Notes: generated by a model not told the origin, from the sequence alone. A stretch of DNA of 12,725 bases from Armatimonadia bacterium (GCA_039683575.1 JBDKRC010000049.1:1-12725); one strand, 5' to 3'. Shown: positions 1 through 7,089, counted from the stretch's first letter. Made by a program: numbers and translations.

Positions 1-19
1 CCTCTCCGCCTCTCCGCCT

Positions 20-110
20 TCAGGCCCGAAGGGCCGTCAGCCTCTAGCCAGGGCCGCAAGGCCCTGGAACCCGTCCCTATATGATCTTGAGCCCCGAAGG
101 GGCGGCAGCC
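20..110 (+). repeat. Triple-hairpin REP-like element, copy 1
   Basis: Hairpins GGCCC-GAA-GGGCC, CCAGGGCC-GCAA-GGCCCTGG and GCCCC-GAA-GGGGC. There are five copies in the window. Confidence 0.85.
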
Positions 111-304
111 TCTCCCCTTGTCCCTCCCCGCCTCTCATCCTCCCCATCCTCCCATCCTTATATCCTGCTCAATCTCCCGGCGTTTCCTCCCCAATCCTGC
201 CCATCCGTCGTGATCCTGTCCATCCTGACTCCGACCTCTCCACCAACCCTCTCCCCAGGTTCCGCCCCCTCTCGTCTCCTCTCCGCCTCTCCGCCTCTCC
301 GCCT

Positions 305-395
305 TCAGGCCCGAAGGGCCGTCAGCCTCTAGCCAGGGCCGCAAGGCCCTGGAACCCGTCCCTATATGATCTTGAGCCCCGAAGGGGCGGCAGCC
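305..395 (+). repeat. Triple-hairpin REP-like element, copy 2
   Basis: Identical to 20-110. Confidence 0.85.
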
Positions 396-510
396 TCTCC
401 CCCTTGTCCCTCCCCGCCTCTCATCCTCCCCCATCCTGCCCATCCGCCGTTATCCTGTCCATCCTGACTCAGTGGGATGGCTGATTGCCCCCGGCGATCA
501 CCGATCGCGC

Positions 511-1704
511 CTAGCCCTTCGAAGCAGTTGCCTTCGCGCCCCCATAGGCCAGCATGCAAGGTACCAGGAGGTTAACCACTGGCACCAGAAGCAGGAAAGC
601 CCACCAGGAGGGTTTGCTCCTCCTCTTCGCCACGGCGCTCGTGACGATGATGATGGCGACGATGTTGGCGATCGGCACAAGCAGCAAAAGTACCCACCAC
701 TTCCCCTTGCCGGCGATCTGAACCAGCAGCCAGAGGTTGAGGATCGGAACCCACGCCCGCCACGCCTTGGGTGTGTCCGTCTTCCTGGCGATCGTCGCGA
801 GCGTCAGGGCCAGGTAGATGTGCAGCACCGCGCAGAGTAGTAGTGTGCCACAAATAAAAACGCATCGCTGCGCAACGGCGCGCGCGCGTTTTGCAATGTA
901 TGGGGTGACATCCTTGGGGTTGAGAGCGATGGCCCTGTCATAGTCGGCGATGGCGCGGCCGTACGAACTCTGATCCAGGTACACGTCCCCGCGATTACCG
1001 TAGACCCGGGCGTCGTCGGGATTGAGAGCGATGGCCTTGTCATAGTCGGCGATGGCGCGGTCGTAGTCGAGTTTGGCACCGTATGCGTTCCCGCGATTGT
1101 TGTAAGCGCTCGCGTCGGCGGGCTGCAGTGCTATCGCCTTGCCGAAGTCGGCAATCGCCCGGTCGTATTGCTTCTTGTCCAAGTACGCACTCCCGCGATT
1201 GTTGTAGGCGACGGCTAAGCCGGGGCTGAGCGCTATCGCCTTGCCGAAGTCGGCAATGGCGCGGTCGTATTGCTTCTTGTCCGAGTACGCGCTCCCGCGA
1301 CCGTTGTAGGCGACGGCTAAGCCGGGTCTGAGAGCGATCGCCTTGCTGTAGTCGGCGATGGCGCGGTCGTGTTGGAGCTTGGCTCGGTACGCATCTCCTC
1401 GGTTGAAGTAGGGATCGGCCAAGGCGGGCGGGAGCGCGATTGCCTTGCTGTAGTCGGCGATGGCGCGGTCGTAATCCCCCTTCTCAAAGTATGCGTTCCC
1501 GCGGTTATTGTAGGCGACGGGAACCTCCGGTCTGAGGGCAATGGCCTGGTCGAATTCTACAATGGCGCGGTCGAATTGCTTCTTTTCGCAGTATGCGTTC
1601 CCGCGATTGAAGTGCAAGAGGGCGGCGTTGCCTGCGTGACCCGGCGACGAGGCGGACATACAGCCCGCGACGAATATGACGACAGCAATCCACATTGTTC
1701 GCAT
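511..1704 (-). CDS. Exported TPR-repeat protein (7 TPRs) with a C-terminal multi-pass membrane domain resembling DUF5684
   Basis: N-terminal signal MRTMWIAVVIFVAGC, where VAGC fits a lipobox. Seven 34-aa repeats AYxNRGxAY...YDRAIADYxKAIALxP. Hydrophobic C-terminus with AWVPILNLWLLVQIAGKGKWW..LVPIANIV. Confidence 0.88.
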   Translation of the reverse strand: MRTMWIAVVIFVAGCMSASSPGHAGNAALLHFNRGNAYCEKKQFDRAIVEFDQAIALRPEVPVAYNNRGNAYFEKGDYDRAIADYSKAIALPPALADPYFNRGDAYRAKLQHDRAIADYSKAIALRPGLAVAYNGRGSAYSDKKQYDRAIADFGKAIALSPGLAVAYNNRGSAYLDKKQYDRAIADFGKAIALQPADASAYNNRGNAYGAKLDYDRAIADYDKAIALNPDDARVYGNRGDVYLDQSSYGRAIADYDRAIALNPKDVTPYIAKRARAVAQRCVFICGTLLLCAVLHIYLALTLATIARKTDTPKAWRAWVPILNLWLLVQIAGKGKWWVLLLLVPIANIVAIIIVTSAVAKRRSKPSWWAFLLLVPVVNLLVPCMLAYGGAKATASKG

Positions 1705-1796
1705 TTCACACCGTTCCTTTGTGATCGAGCTCGGCCTTCAATCATCGGAACAACATACCCAATGTGGCAGTTCACCGTTGGAGACAACCCATCCTT

Positions 1797-2332
1797 CCCC
1801 GCCTCTCATCCTCCCATCCTTATATCCTGCTCAATCTCTCGGCGTTTCCTCCCCAATCCTGCCCATCCGCCGCTATCCTGCTCCGAAAAATGGCGTCTGC
1901 GGGGATGACGGGCCGTTTGGAGCGCGAAGCGACGTCCGCGTCGCAGGGCATCCTTGCCCGCTCGGACGTCTGCCGCTTTTCATTGTTTCAGGGTGCCGGA
2001 GAATCCGGCATGACGACTGTCCATCCTGACCCCGACCTCTCCACCAACCCCTGCCCCAGGCTCCGCCCTCCTCTCGTCTCCTCTCGTCTCCTCTCCGCCT
2101 TCAGGCCCGAAGGGCCGTCAGCTTCTAGCCAGGGCCGCAAGGCCCTGGAACCCGTCCCTATATGATCTTGAGCCCCGAAGGGGCGGCAGCCTCTCCCCCT
2201 TGTCCCTCTCCGCCCCCCATCCTCCCCATCCTCCCACCCTCATATCCTGCTCAATCTCCCGCCGTTTCCACCCCCAATCCTGCCCATCCGACGTTATCCT
2301 GTCTATCCTGACTCCGACCTCTCCACCAACCC
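1797..2332. repeat. Further units of the composite repeat, interrupted by an insert at 1881-2016 and overlapping the last 10 codons of the HAD gene
   Basis: 1797-1880 matches ~126-218, 2017-2100 matches ~216-304, and 2101-2332 matches ~20-249. Confidence 0.85.
2101..2191 (+). repeat. Triple-hairpin REP-like element, copy 3
   Basis: One substitution relative to 20-110 (gcttctag vs gcctctag). Confidence 0.85.
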
Positions 2333-2980
2333 CCGCACCTCCCGAAGCCCCACCTCTGCCAGGCTCTCCACCACCCGGTCCGCTCCCTGTAGCTCCGCCG
2401 CCGTCACGCTGGTCGTTACCGCCAGGCATGCCATCCCTGCTGCCTTGGCCGCCAGCACCCCGGCTGGCGCGTCCTCTACTACCACACACCGCTCCGGTGC
2501 CACTCCCAGCCTCTCCGCGGTCAGCAAGTAGATCTGCGGGTCCGGCTTCTTCTTTGTTACGTCGTCCCCGGTTATTACGGCGTCAAACCACTCCAACTTC
2601 AGTCCGGTGCCCTCGATGACCGGGAACTGCTTGCCCTTCTGCCCCGAGGTCGCTATCGCTACCTTGGTCTCCGGGTCCTGCCTCGCCGCCTCCACTAGCG
2701 CCATGACTCCCGGCGCGGCGGGGAGGGGCTCGTTTTGCAGCAGCTTGAAGAAGTTGTCCGCGCGGCGCTGGACTGCCGCCGCGGTGTCTATGGTCACCCC
2801 GTACTGCTCCGCCACCCCTTCGACATACCGTTCGTCCCCGGTGCCGACGAAGGGGCGGAAGTCTTCTGGCTGGACTGTTACATTGTACAATTCCTTGAAC
2901 ATCAGCACGCTGGCCCGGGCGTTGAGGACCTCCGTGTCCGCGATGACTCCATCAACATCGAATATCAAGGCCCAGGTCAT
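2303..2980 (-). CDS. HAD-superfamily hydrolase, subfamily IA (beta-phosphoglucomutase/CbbY-like phosphatase)
   Basis: Motif I FDVDGV, motif II ATS, motif III KPDP, motif IV EDAPAG. Start placed at ATG 2980 behind a GGAGGAG RBS rather than the ORF-track start at 3103. Confidence 0.9.
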   Translation of the reverse strand: MTWALIFDVDGVIADTEVLNARASVLMFKELYNVTVQPEDFRPFVGTGDERYVEGVAEQYGVTIDTAAAVQRRADNFFKLLQNEPLPAAPGVMALVEAARQDPETKVAIATSGQKGKQFPVIEGTGLKLEWFDAVITGDDVTKKKPDPQIYLLTAERLGVAPERCVVVEDAPAGVLAAKAAGMACLAVTTSVTAAELQGADRVVESLAEVGLREVRGLVERSESG

Positions 2981-3002
2981 TGTCGCTCCTCCGGCAGCAT
3001 AC

Positions 3003-3020
3003 TTGTTCGCGATTTCACAA
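3003..3020 (-). promoter_or_regulatory. Possible Rex-like operator upstream of the HAD gene
   Basis: Minus strand TTGTGAA-ATCG-CGAACAA matches 11 of 14 positions of the Rex consensus TTGTGAA-N4-TTCACAA, 23 bp upstream of the ATG and beside a TATGCT -10-like hexamer. Confidence 0.4.
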
Positions 3021-3099
3021 ACTTGCGGGTGTGATGTAAGTTGGTTGACCTTCGGCGAATCCTCGAGACTGACCTGCCCACTCGGACGCGGTACCCGGC

Positions 3100-3440
3100 C
3101 CATCCCAAAAAGCAGAACTGAAAATCTCGGCTCGCCCCCGAGACCGAAAGTGGCTGAAAATGGCCTCTACGGGTCTCTCAGGCTCATTTGGTACTGTACC
3201 AAAACCAAAAATGGCCGCAGGAGCCCTTGAGAGCCCCGTAGCGGCCATTTTTCTCTTTCCCTTGACGCGCTGAATTCGCACTATTGTTCAACAAGCAGTG
3301 GCGAATCGCCGTAGAGGCCCCTGAGAGCCCCGTAGCGCCAGGTTTTAGCTGTTCAAACGGTGTAATGGCCGCAGGGGCCCCTCAGAGCCCCATAGCGGCC
3401 ATCTTGCCTCTTCCGAAAAGGCGGTTTTGAAACGCTCAGG
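3100..3440. other. Structured non-coding element: four copies of a CCTGAGAGCCCCGTAGCGGCC-like motif around the palindrome TTTGGTAC-T-GTACCAAA
   Basis: Motif copies at ~3157-3189 (inverted), 3207-3252, 3308-3340 and 3364-3404. Palindrome at 3187-3203. Additional hairpins at 3125-3143 and 3274-3306. Confidence 0.65.
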
Positions 3441-3442
3441 CC

Positions 3443-3982
3443 TCACTTGCCTCCAAAGGAGATGACGGCAAACGGCACCCGTTTTCGCGTCCCTGGTCCG
3501 GTCGAGCAGCCCCGGCAACTGCGCTGCCACACATCAAAATGTGCCGACTCGCCATGCCGCGGATGGGGCTTGACTGCCCCGCCCCGGTCGGTGACTTTCA
3601 GGAGGCCATCGCCAGCCAGCCAGATGATGCTGTGCATCGGGATGTTCTTGGACGCGGCACAGATCCCGTGCCGCACGCGGCTGCCATCGGCACACCGGGT
3701 GCCGCTGCAACTGGGGCAGTAGCTGGTGCGGCGGGCAGCGCTCTTTGACGTGATGCCCCTGTCCAGGACCTGCTGGTAGGCGTCCAGCTTCCATTCGGGC
3801 GCCTTGGGCCACTCCTTGAGCACCACGGCACGGTAGGCGATGCGCTGCAACGGGTCGGTCGGCAGAGTCGCGGCCTTGGCCACGGGGTCCCCCGGCGGCG
3901 GTGTGACATTCATCGCGATCTGCTGATCGGCCACGGCCACCAGCGGCGTAGCCGCCAGAGCCATCATCAAAAACGTTCTCAT
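3443..3982 (-). CDS. Secreted 3D-domain (MltA-like lytic transglycosylase fold) protein, Cys-rich
   Basis: Signal peptide MRTFLMMALAATPLVAVA. The pattern TSY...ADGSRV..GICAA...IP...VTDRGGAVK...HFDVW matches the 3D-domain TxY/TASG/AVD/DTGGAIK/ID pattern. Strong RBS GAGGAGGA before ATG 3982. Confidence 0.75.
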   Translation of the reverse strand: MRTFLMMALAATPLVAVADQQIAMNVTPPPGDPVAKAATLPTDPLQRIAYRAVVLKEWPKAPEWKLDAYQQVLDRGITSKSAARRTSYCPSCSGTRCADGSRVRHGICAASKNIPMHSIIWLAGDGLLKVTDRGGAVKPHPRHGESAHFDVWQRSCRGCSTGPGTRKRVPFAVISFGGK

Positions 3983-4020
3983 ATTTGAAATCCTCCTCTT
4001 CTTCTTGCGCCGTAACACGC

Positions 4021-4056
4021 AAAAACCGGCGGGGCCCACCGCAGGGCCCTGCCGGT
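4021..4056 (-). terminator. Intrinsic-terminator-like hairpin in the 5' leader of the 3D-domain gene
   Basis: Minus strand ACCGGC-A-GGGCCC-TGCGGT-GGGCCC-C-GCCGGT followed by TTTT, about 40 nt upstream of the start codon. Confidence 0.65.
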
Positions 4057-4173
4057 CGAAGCTGGCGCAACTTCCTTGTGGACGATCACCTGAAACTCAG
4101 GGTTTGGGCAAAGCCTCACTTTGGAAGTAGTATTTTGCGCAATGCTGAAACCGAATTGTGCGCAAGAACGTTT

Positions 4174-4206
4174 AATATATAACATGGTTAGCGTAGTAGT
4201 TGTCAA
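4174..4206 (-). promoter_or_regulatory. Putative sigma70 promoter for the 3D-domain gene leader
   Basis: Perfect TTGACA (4206-4201, minus strand) followed by the AT-rich tract TGTTATATATT. The -10 register is imperfect. Confidence 0.45.
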
Positions 4207-4489
4207 GCCCGGGGGGTGGTGCAAGGGGCGTGGCGGAGGGCCGTGAGGCCCTGCGGCTCAGGGCTTCAGGGATTTGCCGGCGGTGCCGGAAATTGTTGTC
4301 GAAATTGTGGCATGCCTGCGGCGGGAGGCACAGAATGAAGGGGGGGCGAGGTACCCCAGGAGGTCTGCGGGGATCGTGCCTGTGGAGGCGGGATGAGGGG
4401 CTGGCGGGCCCAAAGCCGAGTGCGACGGCTCTTTGTAAACGCATGTTTACTAAAAAGCGCTTTTTTTCACAGATTATGGCTTGCGGGTA

Positions 4490-4518
4490 TTGACAAAGAT
4501 TCTGCCGTATGCGATAGT
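4490..4518 (+). promoter_or_regulatory. Putative sigma70 promoter P1 of the hydrogenase operon
   Basis: TTGACA (4490-4495), a 17-bp spacer with extended -10 TG, then GATAGT (4513-4518). Confidence 0.6.
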
Positions 4519-4580
4519 GCGGCGTCTTTGGACAGCATGAGAGTGTGTGATAGCCCGGCAGATTTGTGCGCGTGGTAGTA

Positions 4581-4608
4581 TGGACAGACAGCGCCTGCCG
4601 GGTATATT
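4581..4608 (+). promoter_or_regulatory. Putative second promoter P2 of the hydrogenase operon
   Basis: TGGACA, 16 bp, TATATT, directly upstream of the Rex-like site. Confidence 0.45.
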
Positions 4609-4619
4609 AGCGGTTGAGT

Positions 4620-4637
4620 ATGTGACGATTTTCACAA
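4620..4637 (+). promoter_or_regulatory. Rex (NADH/NAD+ sensor repressor)-like operator
   Basis: ATGTGAC-GATT-TTCACAA matches 12 of 14 positions of TTGTGAA-N4-TTCACAA and lies between the promoter(s) and the hydA RBS. Rex control of hydrogenase and ldh genes is established in fermentative anaerobes. Confidence 0.65.
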
Positions 4638-4698
4638 AGTCCGACGGGTCCGATGTGGTCCGCTTCGCGACAATCGAAACTGCCAGGTGAACAGTTAC

Positions 4699-6468
4699 AT
4701 GTCAGACATCACCCTGACCGTTGATGGCATCGAGGTCACAGTCCCAGCAGGCAGCACCATTATGGATGCTGCCGACGCCGCCGGAATACGCGTTCCGCGG
4801 CTGTGTCACCATCCCAAGCTTTCGATCGAGGGCGCCTGCCGCGTTTGTATCGTTGACGCCGGCCTGCGCAACCTCGTCGCCTCGTGCTGCTACCCGGCCG
4901 AGAACGGCATGAACGTCAAGACGCACACGCCGGAGATCCTGCAGCTCCGCCGGGACATTGTCGAGTTGCTGCTGGACAACCACCCGATGGACTGCAACAG
5001 TTGCGAGCGCGACTCGAACTGCGAGCTGCAGCGGCTGGCGTACTCGATGGGCATCCGCGAGCGGCTGTTCGCCGGCGAGCGCAAGCGCTATGAGAAGGAC
5101 CTCTCAGGCCCGGCGATCATGCGGGACCCGGAGAAGTGCATCCTGTGCGGCCGTTGCGTGCGGATGTGCGGCGAGATTCAGGAAGTGGCGGCCATCGCGC
5201 AGGTGCGGCGCGGCTTTGAGACCGTGATCGCCCCGGCCCACGAGGGTCCGATCAGCGACTCGGTGTGCATCGGCTGCGGCCAGTGCGTAAACGTCTGCCC
5301 GACGGCTTCGATGCTGGAGGTTGACGGCACGCAGGCGTTCCTGAAGGCCGTGGCGGACCCCGAGATCGTAGTGGTGGGGCAGATGGCCCCGTCGGTGCGC
5401 GCTGCGATCGGCGAGGCGTTTGGGCTCGAGCCGGGCAAGGCGTGGGAGGGCGAGTGCTTCGCCGCCATGCGCCGGATCGGCATTGATTATGTATTCGATA
5501 CCCAGTTCGCCGCTGACTTGACCATCATGGAAGAGGGCGCGGAGTTTGTGAAGAAGTTCACGGAGGGCAACCTCCCGAACATCACGTCGTGCTGCCCGAC
5601 CTGGGTGAAGTTTGCCGAGCAGTTCCACCCGGACCTGCTGCCGCTGCTCTCGACGGCGAAGTCCCCGATGTCCATGCAGAGCGCGGTAGTCAAGACGTAC
5701 TGGGCCGAGAAGATGGGGATTGACCCGAGCAAGATCTTCTCCGTGGCGATCATGTGCTGCACGTGCAAGAAGGCCGAGGCGACCCGTCCAGAGCTTGATG
5801 TGAACGGGATGCCGGCGACTGACACAGTGCTCACGACCCGCGAGTTCGCGTGGCTGATCAAGCACATGGGGATTGACTTCCTGAACCTCAAGCCCGAGGA
5901 AGCGGACAATCCGATTGGCGACTCGACGGGCGCAGCGGTCATCTTCGGCGCGACCGGCGGCGTGACTGAGGCGGCGCTGCGGAGCGCGTACTTCATGATC
6001 ACCGGCGAGGACCTGCCGGCGGACGCGCTCGAGTTCAAGACCGTGCGGACGCTGACCGGCGTGCGCGAGGCGACGATCAACATCAAGGGCACGGACGTGA
6101 ACATCGCGGTCGTCAGCGGCCTCGCCAACACCAATAAGGTGCTGGAACAACTGCAGTCCGGCGAGAAGAAGTATCACTGGATCGAAGTCATGGGCTGCCC
6201 CGGTGGGTGCGTGGGTGGTGGCGGCCAGCCCTATGCCGGCGCGAACGCGATCCCGCTGGACGAATCGATCCTGGCGAAGCGCTCGGCGGCACTCTATAAC
6301 CTTGATGAAGCACGGGTGCTGCGGTGCTCGCACCACAATCCCCACATTCAGACGCTCTACAAGGAATTCCTTGGCGAGCCGCTGAGCCATAAGTCTCACG
6401 AGCTATTGCACACGTACTATTACCCCCGACTGCCGATGGGCGTCCGGCCGCAGGAGGCGCAGGTTTAA
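4699..6468 (+). CDS. hydA: [FeFe]-hydrogenase catalytic subunit (group A3, HydA/HndD-like, M3 architecture)
   Basis: [2Fe-2S] domain, His-ligated cluster HPMDCNSCERDSNC, 2x[4Fe-4S] (CILCGRC, CIGCGQCVNVCP). H-cluster motifs TSCCPTW, MCCTCKKAE (atypical) and EVMGCPGGCVGGGGQP, plus a fused small-subunit tail. RBS AGGTGA 8 nt before ATG 4699. Confidence 0.96.
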   Translation: MSDITLTVDGIEVTVPAGSTIMDAADAAGIRVPRLCHHPKLSIEGACRVCIVDAGLRNLVASCCYPAENGMNVKTHTPEILQLRRDIVELLLDNHPMDCNSCERDSNCELQRLAYSMGIRERLFAGERKRYEKDLSGPAIMRDPEKCILCGRCVRMCGEIQEVAAIAQVRRGFETVIAPAHEGPISDSVCIGCGQCVNVCPTASMLEVDGTQAFLKAVADPEIVVVGQMAPSVRAAIGEAFGLEPGKAWEGECFAAMRRIGIDYVFDTQFAADLTIMEEGAEFVKKFTEGNLPNITSCCPTWVKFAEQFHPDLLPLLSTAKSPMSMQSAVVKTYWAEKMGIDPSKIFSVAIMCCTCKKAEATRPELDVNGMPATDTVLTTREFAWLIKHMGIDFLNLKPEEADNPIGDSTGAAVIFGATGGVTEAALRSAYFMITGEDLPADALEFKTVRTLTGVREATINIKGTDVNIAVVSGLANTNKVLEQLQSGEKKYHWIEVMGCPGGCVGGGGQPYAGANAIPLDESILAKRSAALYNLDEARVLRCSHHNPHIQTLYKEFLGEPLSHKSHELLHTYYYPRLPMGVRPQEAQV

Positions 6469-6998
6469 TGCGATACCAGCGCAAGCAACTCGACAATCCC
6501 GAATGGTGGCTGAAGCTTGACGAGTACATCGCCGAGCAGAGGCAGCGCAATGCCAACCACGTGCAGAGCGCGCTGATCCCGGTACTGCACCACGTGCAGG
6601 ATACCTTCGGCTATATCCCGTCCAAGGCCATCAACCATGTGGCCCAGCAGCTCGGGGTGCCGACGTCTTACGTGACGGGCGTGGCGAGCTTCTACTCGTA
6701 TTTCTCGCTGACCCCCAAGGGCGTCTACACCATCAGCGTGTGCCTCGGGACCGCGTGCTATGTGCGCGGGAGCCAGGCAGTGCTGGACGAGCTTTGCCGG
6801 CAGCTTGACTGCAAGCCCGGCGAGAGCACCAGCGACGGGCTGTTCACAGTGCACGAGGCGCGGTGCCTCGGAGCTTGTGGGCAGGCGCCGGTCATGATGG
6901 TCAATGACGTGGTCTATGCGAAGGTTACGCCGGATCACGTGGGCAAGATTTTGGCGGAGTTGACGGCGGAGGCGCAGGGCGAGGCAGCGGCAGTCTAG
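6468..6998 (+). CDS. hydC: Hydrogenase [2Fe-2S] subunit, NuoE-like (HydC/HndA)
   Basis: LIPVLHHVQDTFGYIP, ASFYSYF, CLGTAC...CLGAC. The ATG overlaps the hydA stop (TAATG). Confidence 0.94.
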   Translation: MRYQRKQLDNPEWWLKLDEYIAEQRQRNANHVQSALIPVLHHVQDTFGYIPSKAINHVAQQLGVPTSYVTGVASFYSYFSLTPKGVYTISVCLGTACYVRGSQAVLDELCRQLDCKPGESTSDGLFTVHEARCLGACGQAPVMMVNDVVYAKVTPDHVGKILAELTAEAQGEAAAV

Positions 6999-7036
6999 GC
7001 AGAGCGCGTCGCAAGAGCTAGCGGCGTGCGATCAAG

Positions 7037-7060
7037 TCGCGCTCTGGTGAGCGCTCCTAC
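7037..7060 (-). repeat. GTAG-type REP
   Basis: Minus strand GTAG-GAGCGCTC-ACCA-GAGCGCGA. Confidence 0.7.
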
Positions 7061-7089
7061 AGGCAGCCTGAGTGGCGTTTGAGTAGATA

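Larger units (their letters stand above)
1..470. repeat. Tandem composite repeat with ~285-bp period (about 1.6 units): C/T-rich spacer, triple-hairpin REP-like core and a copy of the HAD gene's 3' tip
   Basis: CAGGCCCGAAGGGCC starts at 21 and at 306. The flanks also repeat, and the second unit has an internal deletion and stops at 470. The same unit recurs at 1797-2332. Confidence 0.9.

Noticed and set aside
1-470. ORFs 81-332 and 135-443, and similar ones at 1764-2619
   Set aside because: They are low-complexity translations of the repeat units.
1695-1711. Rex-like site at the TPR start (TTGTTCGCATTTCACAC), resembling 3003-3020
   Set aside because: Spacing is one base short and it overlaps the start codon, so it is probably coincidental.
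1-2332. CRISPR array
   Set aside because: Units are ~285 bp with conserved rather than unique spacers, and no cas genes are present.
3268-3340. c-di-AMP (ydaO) riboswitch, suggested by CGCTGAAT, GGCGAATC and CCCCGTAG fragments
   Set aside because: It lacks the GGGGGAACC and CCCGAACCCGUCAGCUAA core segments, and there is no + strand gene downstream.
4066-4093. SRP RNA, suggested by TCAGGT...AGGAAG on the minus strand
   Set aside because: The helix-8 GNRA tetraloop spacing and the AGCAG motif are missing.
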